Assembly (NCBI GenBank): GCA_965153455.1
Contig: OZ234493.1
Coordinates: 2,666,001 to 2,730,000, forward strand
Direction of reading: 5' to 3'
Length of the DNA: 64,000 nucleotides
Source of the DNA: Sphagnum compactum
Taxonomy: Eukaryota
Below, piece after piece: positions 1-10,707 of this stretch. The notes below the pieces were generated by a model that had not been told where the DNA came from, did not search any database, and was given only the letters and a program-made list of their open reading frames with translations. How positions within the stretch are numbered: position 1 is the first letter of the stretch; every line of letters begins with the position of its first letter. The position numbers were made by a program, and so were the translations under genes.

Positions 1-778
1 ATGAAACTGAAGACACCTCCATCTTTGCATGGTCTTCAATTTTCGATGTTGGACACTATCATTGGTTGCGCGGTCCGATTCACCGACTACCTCCTAATAA
101 CAAGGCGGATTACCTAGTTTGCACCATTCGACGCATCCTATATTTCCTGGAGTAATGAACTATCATTGTGGCATAGCCCAGGACTTAAGATATAATTGCA
201 ACTACTCGTTGAGCTTATCCATAATCCAAATAAATGTTTCATTCATTACGAAACTCATGTTGCCATTGCCACCCTATCCCCATGTTTATTTAATCGTTAA
301 GTTGTTTCAACTTAATTTTATGCTTATAAGGTTTGAAGATTGTTTTATCTCTATTTGACCTTTCATTGACATCCCCTCACCTGCTTCATGAATCTCAAAC
401 ATCCTTGCTACTCACTAAATACTAAAACAAGACCAAAGTTTTGTTGCACACCATGAATTTTGGTGGCTGCTTTTACCCTCAACCCTTTAGAGATTTTCTC
501 ACCCCTAATTATGCCACTGAGGTTCTAAAACTATGGTTTACCGGCTTTTTGTTGAAGAAAAGAACTAACCCAACACCTTATTCACCAATATCATATTTCA
601 AAAAAGAAAACAACCCCCACACAGACCCATGCACATTCATCATCCCTTATTCCAACATGAAGTTGTTAAGAACCCTTAATAACCTTACCACATTCGAATA
701 TCCTTGATGCAACTCTTAAAAATTAAGATTACCAAACATGGCTATGTCGCTATGGTTCACATTTGGTCTTTCTTCTTT

Positions 779-1450
779 CTACATGTCTCCACATTGTGAT
801 TTGTCATCCCACAATTTGTGCAATGATATTAGTCTTTCTATATTACTTTGTGTTTTTGCTAGTATTATATGTTTAATACTCTCTAGTACTAACAATGCAC
901 TTTTTACTTCTGTAGTAGTCATACCTTCTTCACACAACATTGCCGCCTCCTTATGTTGTTGTAATGTTGACTGCTTCATCCTTATAGTTGCTGATTGCAA
1001 ACCCGTTCTAAACACAATAGTTAGAAAGTTGTATGTGGTTGGTACTTGTAAACCATGAGCCAACTTTTGAATCCTTCATAGTAAACCTCCACCCTTTTAG
1101 TCTCCTCTTCCTTCATGTTTTTCAGCTCCATGTATATTTACTCATCATTCTGAGTCTTCCGATGACGTTTGCAAAATGCTTGAGTAAGTTTCGGAAAAGT
1201 ATAGTAAGGAAATTTTGACATTTAATTATGGCACTAATCCGATGTCGTATCTCTTAGTGTATAGCTAAACACATTGATGTACCTTTTAGAAGTCTTTGCA
1301 TTTGCTTTTACTATAGAATTGAACATTTTAACATGAACATCTGGATCAACATCTTTTTTGAAATCAGGATATTTAAGAGTTATTTTGTTTGGCTTAACAT
1401 AATGGCCATCTTTGTAATCAAGAATTGGTACCATTATAACAATTGGTTCT
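779..1450 (-). pseudogene. Degenerate LTR-retrotransposon gag-like coding relic
   Basis: Broken minus-strand ORFs (KPNKITLKYPDFKKDVDPDVHVKMFNSIVKAN...FSYTLRD; FRTGLQ...LQQHKEAAMLCEE) resemble Ty3/gypsy gag capsid regions; the two pieces are in different frames. The region hosts later insertions (solo LTR, hAT). Confidence 0.55.
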
Positions 1451-1640
1451 CGGTCTCCACCTTTTGAATGCATGGCATCTGCACTTTTACACCCTCCAAT
1501 AGCCATTGAATTCGTCAATGGTCGATTTGCAGTCCTGTTCCCATGAGTAGCTGTTATCAGATAAGTAAACACCATTTGAGGTATGCCAATAACTCTAGTA
1601 GCAGTTGCTGGTAGCACTAAACTTTGACTCAGATTCTTTC

Positions 1641-2547
1641 TGACACACCCCCAAACTCCTTGTAAGACTCAAATGCAAGTCCGAAAGTGAAAACAATGGA
1701 ATAAAAAATTGGGATGTGCTTCTTAGCTCGTAGCACTTTGGGGGTAACAAGGGCGTGCTGGAGCTTTGGGATAGGGACTAGGAACAATGATAAGTGATTC
1801 AACTATTCACACATGCCTTCACAAACTAAACAATAAGTTGGTTAGTGCATATTCACACAAGTCACGAGCACATTCGGATTCACAAGACTCACCATGGCCT
1901 AGATTTAGGAGAAGCCATCACCTTCCCCCTTCTAGTATTTTCTAAACATGGCCACAGGGCTTGCATCCAAATGTCATTTTGTCTCGGGACTCTCAAGTTG
2001 GGAGTCTTGAAATTCCCGAAATTGGGACTTTTGCGACTTTGGGGCCCATAACGTTTTATGTAGACCTCCGATTGAGGTGAGGTTTTAAGCAAGTTGTAGC
2101 CCTTGTTGAAAGATTTCCAACGATATGTGGCAAGCCACTTGAAAGCAAATAAATCAGGGCGATTCCTGACTTTTAGTGGTCGGGAGTCAAACTGGCAGTT
2201 TGACTCCCAGCATTTCTTTTGGCCATAACTTGTGTTTTAAGTACCTAAATGGGTCATGTGAACTCATTTTAGACATCTACATTTCAAGAGTTCCAATGGT
2301 ATAGGGAACTTTTCAATCCAATAGGTTTTGACCCCTAAAATCGGTCTTTGAAGATTCAAGAGTCCATTGGGACTCCAATTCCCAAAGTGGGAGCCCACTT
2401 GGGAACCCATTTGGGAGTGTGTGGGTTCATTCCCTCACACTCTTCTACACTCTGGGGAGCATGAAATGTGACTCCCGGGCTTCACTTTCGACTTACACCT
2501 TTGCAAGCCTTTACCTTGGTCACGAACCCAAGACTAGGGTCGCGACA
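1641..2547 (-). mobile_element. Solo LTR, 907 bp
   Basis: Begins TG (TGACAC) and ends CA (GCGACA), flanked by 5-bp CTTTC/CCTTC (4/5 match). Reverse-complement homologous to 51668-52477. No internal coding region. Confidence 0.75.
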
Positions 2548-3458
2548 CCTTCCTACCAAGATTCCACCTGATCTACTACCCAATTTTGTTGTAGATCTAA
2601 TTAACACTCCCCTTCTAATAACATCTATGATGAGCTCAACAACCGTTTCCACTCCTGTGGTTGTTATACCTACATTAAGTGATTGAGTAATTCTTATTAT
2701 AACATGTTGTCTCCGGGTTTCAATAACTACCGCTTTTGACATTATTGGGGAAGCTGTGTTGACTCGAGATCGACGTCACTCCAGTCTGTCGTTACTCATC
2801 GGTATCCTCTATGGTCTTATTCTTGTTCTTATGGTTGATCTATTAATGCTCTTGCCACATTTTGTAACTCCACATGCCTAACAATATCTTCTTTGATGTG
2901 AAAAGGCACAAATGGACAATCCATGATTGCATGTCTTTCTTCTTCATAGAATCCATAAACCCTTGAAAGGAACCTGATCATCTCTGGATCCACAAACCTT
3001 TGAAAGTAACTTGATCATCTTCGAATCCACATATTCACATAGTAGTGACATACGCTCAATTCGATTCAAACATACGCGTATTATACGTTTTTTTGGGCTT
3101 TTAAAAAAATACGGCCCAAAATACGCAGAGTGGTAAAGGTTATGCAAAGAACCATTACCGGGCCACAAAAACTGCAGTCTGCTAGACTCTACAGTACTTA
3201 ACAACCTAGTTACATTTTCGCCGTCAAAATCGACGATTTCTGCAGCAACAAAATCACCTGTCGACGCCTGATATTCACGGTGCTCATTTCGGAACCCCGC
3301 CAAATATGGACGGTCTAGGATCAAAAGGTTTCGCGGATAAATCTTTTGATTGGCCATGACTCGGATGGCTCAGCCATGACACTAACAGCATTCGGAATCA
3401 GACTGTTGCAACTTGCAAGTCTGGATCTGATACTAAGTAATAATTTCAACTTTCTTTC

Positions 3459-5385
3459 ATGCTACAATCGAGCAGGGCGACCTTTGGAATGGGGAAGGAG
3501 AAAGGACCTGAGTGGACCGAGGTCACCATCCTCCAGGAACCTGAGAAAGCGGGGGGGAACTTTCAAGTCAAGTGTGGGCACTATGAGCTCGTGTTTTGGG
3601 GGGGTGCCACAAGAATCCGGGGCCACTTCTTGGGTCAGGTGGCTTGTGGAGTCAAGAAGTGCACCAAATGCCCCCAAGCCCTCAAAAAACAGCTTCAGGA
3701 TATTGATCAGGCGAAAAGAGAATAGGAAGGTGCAAGATCTGGATGAGGCTGCAGCTGCTCTCCCGCAAGGCCCCACCAAAAAGCAGAGCACTCTCAAAGC
3801 TGCCTTTGGAAAGCAAGATAAGTCTAAAGTAGATGCTCTGTGGGGTCGTGCCTTTTATGGCAATGGTCTTTCTTTCCGCTTGATCAATGACCCTCATTTC
3901 AAGGCAGCCGTTGAAGCTACCGCTGATTTTGGCGAGAACTACAAGTTGCCAAGTCTTGTATCTCTTCGTACCACCCTGTTAGACAAGGAAAAGGTATCGG
4001 TGGCAGCAGAACTCAAGTCATTTATGGCGTCAGCGCGGAGCAACAAGGCAACCATAACCAGTGATGGGTGGTCAGACACTCGGAATAGGCCTCTTCTCAA
4101 TCTTCTGATGGTCACACCCAAGGGTGAGAAGTTTCTTGAGAGTGTAGACACAAGTGGGGATACCAAGGATGCAGACTTCATTGCGCAGGTTGTTGGCAAG
4201 GCAATCGAGGATGTGGGGGCAGAGATTGTGGTCCAGGTGTGCATGGACAGTGCAGCAGTTTGTAAGGCTGTAGGTCGCAAGCTAGAAGCCCGCTTTCCCC
4301 ATATCACATTTACTCCTTGCACCCCGCACTGCCTAGATTTGTTGCTCGAGGACATGGGCAAGCTGGATTGGGTCTCCTCCGTCATAGCCGAGGCAAGAAC
4401 AGCGCTGAAGTTCATCACAAACCATCATAAGAGTCTAGCTCTCTTTAGGAGCCTGTCCAAGCTAGAGCTCTTGAAACCAGGGGAGACCAGATTTGCCACC
4501 AACTTCATCATGCTACAGCGCATGCATGAGGTGAAGGCATCACTGCAGCAGCTTGTGGTCAGCGACGCTTGGGGGGAGTGGAACCAGAAGTCGTCGCATG
4601 AGATGGAGGGAGAGGAGGTGCACGACATCCTGACTTCCGCTGCATTTTGGAAGGGTGTGAAGGAGTTGTTGGCTGTTTCAGAATCGATAGTCTGTTTTTT
4701 GCGCCATTGTGACAAGGGTGTTCCAGTTGTGGGAAAGGTTTACTATGCCATGTTTTTGATTGGCGAAGAGCTGGGGGCGCTCAAGGAAGGAACGAGCAAG
4801 CAGCATCCGGGGGTGAAGCTTTCTGCTGTCAAGTATGAGCAGATCAGCTGGCTTTGGCGCAAGCGCTGGGAATATTTGCATTCAGATATGCACTCGGCTG
4901 GGTTTGTTCTGGAGCCGGAGTTCCATCCAGCAGAATATGGACAGGACCAGAATGCGGAAGTGATGCAAGGGTTTTTGAACATCCTAGAGAAGCTCGTCTC
5001 AGATGCAGACGATCAAGCAAAAGCCCTGCAACAATTGGTGCAGTTTAGAAACCAAGAAGGTTTGTTTGGCAGACCCGGCATTCAAACGGCCATGAGAGCG
5101 ATGCCCGGGTGGAAATTTTGGCAACAGTGGGGTCAGCAAGTTCCAGAGCTTTAGACAGTAGGCGTGACGGTCCTCAGCCAATGTTCTGCAGCCTCAGCGT
5201 GCGAACGCAATTGGAGCACTTACGATTTCATCCATTCGAAAAAGCGAAACAGGTTGACCCCGCAAAGAGCTCAGGATCTAGTGCATGTCTTCTCGGACCT
5301 GCGCCTAGCACATAAAGTGAACAGCATTGAGTTTGAGGAAGAGATGGTTAGTTGGATGGAAGAAGAAGAGCCAAACGACGATTAG
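3459..5385 (+). pseudogene. hAT transposase pseudogene (BED finger, DUF659-type core, C-terminal dimerisation region)
   Basis: Near-identical to 29472-31412, but with CAG>TAG at 3723-3725, an adjacent 14-bp frameshifting deletion, CAG>TAG at 5152-5154 and a BED Cys>Tyr change (CGHY). Motifs TSDGWSD, CTPHCLDLLLED, TRFAT and CERNWS are present. Confidence 0.93.
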
Positions 5386-5600
5386 AGCGGGAACAAGAAG
5401 GGGACGCGATGCACTTCTATAAAAGGTGAGCTTACGTGATCATCGTTGTCTTTGTTCACTGTTTCGGAAGTAGGTGTAAAATTGTGTCAAATGTTTTTGA
5501 TCATCTTTGAAACCAATTGCAAGCTCGACAAGGACCAGACCCTAAAACTAGTGTGTAGTTTTATTCAAGGTATGCCTATGCTCAAGCTGGTTAAGAAGGG

Positions 5601-5842
5601 TTTGGGCACAACTTAAGCTCAGCTTGCTCAGCGTTTTGCTCATCGTATGTTACTGAGCTGATGTCTGCTCAAAATGGTCACAGATTTGGGCACAACTTCA
5701 GTTCAGCTTGCTCAGCGTTTTGTTAATCGTATGTTACTGAGCTGATGTCTGCTCAAGATGGTCACAGCTTTGGGCACAACTTAAGCTCAGCTTGCTCAGC
5801 GCTTTGCTCATCATATGTTACTGAGCTGGTGTCTGCTCAAAA
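5601..5842. repeat. Tandem repeat, ~3 x 84 bp, in the 3' part of hAT copy 1
   Basis: TTTGGGCACAACTT recurs at 5601, 5685 and 5769; each unit contains CTCAGCTTGCTCAGC...TTACTGAGCTG. Confidence 0.9.
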
Positions 5843-6824
5843 TACTTGAAAATACTTCTTTTTGAGCACCTTCGAAAAATACGGGTATTTCGTATGTCAC
5901 TACTATGCATATTCATGATCCTTTATTTCGGTAGTGTACCTTGGTTGTTCCAATTTTGGATTTCCTTGATGTGAATATGATTATAGTACTTCATTCAACG
6001 CATTCACTTGTGCCTTTGCATATTCAGATGATCTTGGGTAATTTTCCTCAGTTTTTTTAAACACATCAACATTGGTGTTTTCATCCACCTCCTAGTGTTC
6101 CATTGGTTCATAGTAATCTAGCAATGCAGATTGATACACAAACCTGGGTTGTATACTTCCTGTAACATCCTTCCTTCAGTTAGTCATTGATTTTGGACTT
6201 GAGACTTCTTACGGTTGATCAGGTACTATAAAAATTCATGTTCTGTTTTGATCTTTACAATTTGAACCGCAGATTGCAACTAAGAAGTATACTACATGTG
6301 CTCATTCGGATGAGTAATCGATTACATCTCTCTGTGTGGAGATTGTTGTATGGAATTATGCCTTCTCTAAAAACCCCTAGCCCATACGTTTCACCGTACC
6401 ACTTCTTGTGGTGGAATCAACTTGTGCTTCGTAGGCCTTTTTTTTGTTCTCAAAACTCGTCTATCTAACACCAGATTTTGAGATGGGGTTTCTGTAAGCC
6501 CTACATATTCCTCTCCATTTTCGAAATTATTTTTTGTTTATTTTTCAATAACTTACCAATTTGCCTCCAAGTCCAATTGTCACTGTAAATTCCGAGCCAC
6601 CATTCGATTCATCTTGTTTCATAATTTTTCGTCTTCAAAGTCTGTAGATCATTCTGTAGTCCTTATGGTGTCAACCTCGTAGACCTTTGATACTTTCTAA
6701 CATACCCTTTAAAATTCTAAATTAAAAAAACAACAATATTCGTCTGGACACTTTCATCTATAGAATACAACAAAATTTGTAGAAAACCTTCCTATTACTG
6801 AAAGAAAAAACAGAGAAAATTTTT

Positions 6825-6844
6825 TCCCCATAAGATGGTCGCCA
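6825..6844 (-). promoter_or_regulatory. Possible primer-binding site of the minus-strand LTR retrotransposon
   Basis: Minus strand reads ...CTACCA-TA-TGGCGACCATCTTATGGGGA: a CA end, a 2-nt spacer and a TGG-initiated tract, upstream of the gag relic. The matching LTR was not delimited. Confidence 0.4.
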
Positions 6845-7849
6845 TATGGTAGAATTCAAATTCAAATTCTTGTAGAATATTTCACGCTACTATAACAATA
6901 TATTTGCATTTCACATGCCTATGTTCACTATTTCTGTTTTAAGTTTCAACAAACTTAACACTACCATTCATTCCAACATTAGATTCATGGTTATTGCATA
7001 TAACCAAAATCTACACTTCAAAATACATTATAAAAAATTCCAAAAACAAGATTACAATTCATTTCATCATAATCTAACACTACAGGAAATCCACACAAAA
7101 TATGAACATAGAGTTCACTATAGAAGTTTATGCTTATTTGTATTATTGAAAACATGAATCCAAATTATAACGTAATCCCATGTTTTGTTAAAAAAAATCC
7201 CAAAACAACAATTATAATCTATGCTATATCAAAATAGAGTCTATGGTTTTCTACTGCAAGTACTTTTAGCTTTTCCTATTCTTTTTCAAAACTTTAACTT
7301 TCTGTTTCATCTTCTTTTCCTCCCTCCGTTCTCTAGAACTCTCCCCTTTTTGAACCATCCCAAGTCACATCATTATGATCCAAAACAATAAGAAGTCAAA
7401 ATTCAAACTAACAAAGTTCCTTGATTAGTCCCACCTTGTTCATCCCGAATCAGATATTCAGCTTACCCCCTTAACACCTACCTATTTAGGCCTACCTACC
7501 TACCTACCTACCAACCAAATGGTTGGATTAAATTGAAATTAATATTATATATATAATATTCAATGGCATTTATGACTACAAACCCAATCATGGGTGTGAT
7601 CATATTTGCCATGTTTTGGCGTAGTGATAAAACCACCCAATCTAGTCAAATTGGCAAGTGCCCAAGTCAATAAGGCCACCTATTATACTCAATCAATAGG
7701 GCTAACTAAGTAGGCTTGGTCAAAATGGCTAATTACAAATTCTAATACTAGTTGGGTATCTTGGGATTACATGTAACATTTTGAATATGTTTGACCAATC
7801 AGGAAAAAGTTGAAAAATGTAGAAGTTAGCTAATCATAACTAAATGAAT

Positions 7850-9680
7850 CATGACCAAATTCATTATCGTTAAACTAATTATATATACATGGTTTATTTA
7901 ACTATGGTTAAATTGATTATATTGAAATTAGTTATGGCTCAACTACCCATGAAAAAACTAATTAAAGTTATAATTAACCATAACTAATCTAACCATGGTC
8001 AATTTAATCATGTTCAATAACTATGGTTAGTTTAACCATAGTTTGTTTAGTTGTATATGTTTTAACCCTAGTTAATTAACCTTATTTAATTTAACCATGG
8101 TTCATTTATTCATAATTAATTATTCCATCATTGTTGGTTTTGCCATAATGAATTTAACCATGGCTATATAAACATAACTAAATTAACTATACTTATTTTT
8201 AACATATTAACTATTTTACCCTAATAAATATAACCATAATTAATTAATGTTATTGTTAATTTCACCATGGTTGGTTCAAGCCATAATTATTTAAAAAAAT
8301 ATTTTAGCCATAATTATTTCATTCATGTTTATTTTAACCAAATTCATTTTACTCATGGTTAGTTGAACCATTTAAAATTTAGCCATGATTACGTTTTTCC
8401 ATAATTATTTTAACCATCTTGATTTTAACCACAAGTATTTCATTCATGTCTATTTTAACCATAATTAGTTTATGCATAGTTGGTTTAGCCATATTAATTT
8501 TATTCATGGTTAGTTTAGCCATTTCTAGTTTATGGTTGGTTTAACCATAAAATATTTATTCAATAATTAGTTTGGCCATATATATATTATTCATGGTTAG
8601 TTTAACCATATTTATTCATTAATTAGTTTAGCCATTTCTAATTTAACCATGGTTGCTTTAGCGACAAAATATATATTCATCGGTTGATTTGGCCATATTT
8701 ATTTTATTCATGGTGAGTTTAGCCATATATATTTTACTCATAGTTAGTTTTAACCATTTTTTGTTTAACCAGGATTGGTTTAACCATAAAACATTTATTC
8801 ATTGGTTAGCTTGGCCATTTTTAACTTAGAAATGGTTAATTTAACCATATTTGTATTACTCATTGTTAATTTAACCATTTCTAATTTAACCATGGTTGGT
8901 TTTGCCATAATTATTTTACCCAAAATTAGTGTAGTCATTATATATTTAGCCATTATTTATTTATATATGGTTAATTGAACCATAATTATTTAGTCATGGT
9001 TATTTTTTCATAATTATTTTTAATTTTTGGTTGGTTTAGCCATGATTAGTTTAATAATATTAAATTTTTCCATAATTATTTGGTTTATCATGGTTGGTTT
9101 TGCCACAATTAGTTTAGTCATTTTTATTTTTGCCATAATTAAGTTTTCCTAGGTTAAATTAACCACCTATTTAAATTATGTAATGTAAGTATGTGGTTAA
9201 ATAACTTAAATACAGGTATCTTATATGTAGGTTTATTTATTTATACATACCCTACCTATGCTCCATCTATTTACCTATACTTGAACCTATAAGTAACTTA
9301 GTTATATAGGCTAGGGTAGGCCATTTACATGCCTATGATAAATTACTAGTTGGTTAAAGTTATTTACCTAAAATACATTAATGAATGTGTAATTACGTAG
9401 TTAAATAATAATTATTAAAAATACATTATTGATAATGTATAATGAATTAGGTCAAATTTATGAAGATTAGTTATAATTTGGTTGTAATTATCAATCAACA
9501 ATACAATACATTATAATTATATTGATATTTTATATAATTCAAGGATTTATAATATTATTGTAATTATTAATTAATTAAATAAGTAGACATTAACTATTAT
9601 TAATTTTTATTTTAACTTAATTAACATACATATTTACCTACCTCTTTATCTATTTATTTACTTAATTTATGTATCTTATG
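7850..9680. repeat. Very AT-rich degenerate repeat array (TTAACCAT/ATGGTTAA motifs), probably the interior of a non-autonomous DNA transposon
   Basis: Dozens of TTAACCAT/TTAGCCAT and ATGGTTA motifs in both orientations. The adjoining block near 9860 (TGGGATGAGCCAAT..AAAGGCTCAACCTTAAA) recurs near 27820 and, more diverged, near 46420. Confidence 0.7.
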
Positions 9681-10707
9681 TAGTTATTTAGGAATAATGT
9701 TGGGTGAATTAAAAGGTTTTAATGTTGTGGGGACATGAAAATGTTTTTCCCTCCCAAAAGTTTGTCCCATATTGTTTGTCATCCTTTCCAAATGACGAAC
9801 AATATAAATAAATGCACCATAAGCATCCAAAACATAAGAAATATTTTTAAAAGGAAAGCCACTTGGGATGAGCCAATTGAAAAGGCTCAACCTTAAAGGC
9901 TAAATGAAATATGATTTTCCTACCTAGGTCATCCAGGTGTAGGCTTAATTTAGGTGGTGTACATTTAAGCCTAGTAAAGATCATAATTTAGGTTGCCTTA
10001 ACTTACTTTAGGCTTCTATGCCTAGTCGTTGGTTATAGGCTCCTAGACTTAGGCTTGGGAGCATAGTTTGTATGTTCTTAAACATAGGTACCTTAATAGT
10101 AAGTATTTAATTTTAAGTTTAACCTAGGTTGCTAAGGTTCTATCACGTGGCATAGCCTAGTGGCCATTGTTTAAATGCCACTTGGCATAACATAGGTGTC
10201 CAATGTTTAAATGCCATGTGGCATAGCCAGGTGGCCACTATTTAAATGTCACACGGCATTTGTTTAGTCAAAATGGTGTTTGACTAGTCAAAAAATGATT
10301 TGACTATTGTATTGACTAGTAAAAAATACTAATTGAAATGACTAGTAAAAAATGCCAACCTAGGCGTGGTAAAAAAGTACATGGTCTAGTCACAATGGAT
10401 AGGTTCAAAACAACTTGTCCAAAATGATTGAGAGTTTTTTTGATGCATGTTCAAAATGGGTTTTTTTAAACCAAAATTTCTAGTTTAAAGAAAAATAATT
10501 ATAGTAATTACATCTTATAATTTTTTATGTAATTTGTTTTCTTATTCAAGTTGGGAATCATAATTCAATGGGGAATTTGGCATAATGATGATTTTATGGC
10601 ATGTTAATGACATGTTGATGCATGACATTCTAGGTGATTGAATGCACACGAAGGTGGTTCACTTTTTGAATCACGGTGCCCATTTTTACCCTAAACCCAC
10701 CTATAAC

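Larger units (their letters stand above)
3038..5907 (+). mobile_element. hAT DNA transposon, family A copy 1 (cargo-free, defective transposase)
   Basis: Perfect 17-bp TIR CATAGTAGTGACATACG (3038-3054 and 5891-5907); perfect 8-bp TSD CATATTCA (3030-3037 and 5908-5915); AAATACG/CGTAT subterminal motifs. Confidence 0.97.

Noticed and set aside
1845-2742. Short ORFs within and next to the solo LTR
   Set aside because: No domain similarity recognised, and no equivalent ORFs appear in the second LTR copy.
3346-5154. 602-aa ORF as an intact transposase
   Set aside because: Its first ~125 aa are an alternative frame joined on by the 14-bp deletion. The true BED-finger frame is 3459-3725, and the C-terminus is cut by a premature TAG.
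5601-5842. CRISPR-like array
   Set aside because: The units are contiguous near-identical 84-mers without unique spacers; the context is eukaryotic and there are no cas genes.
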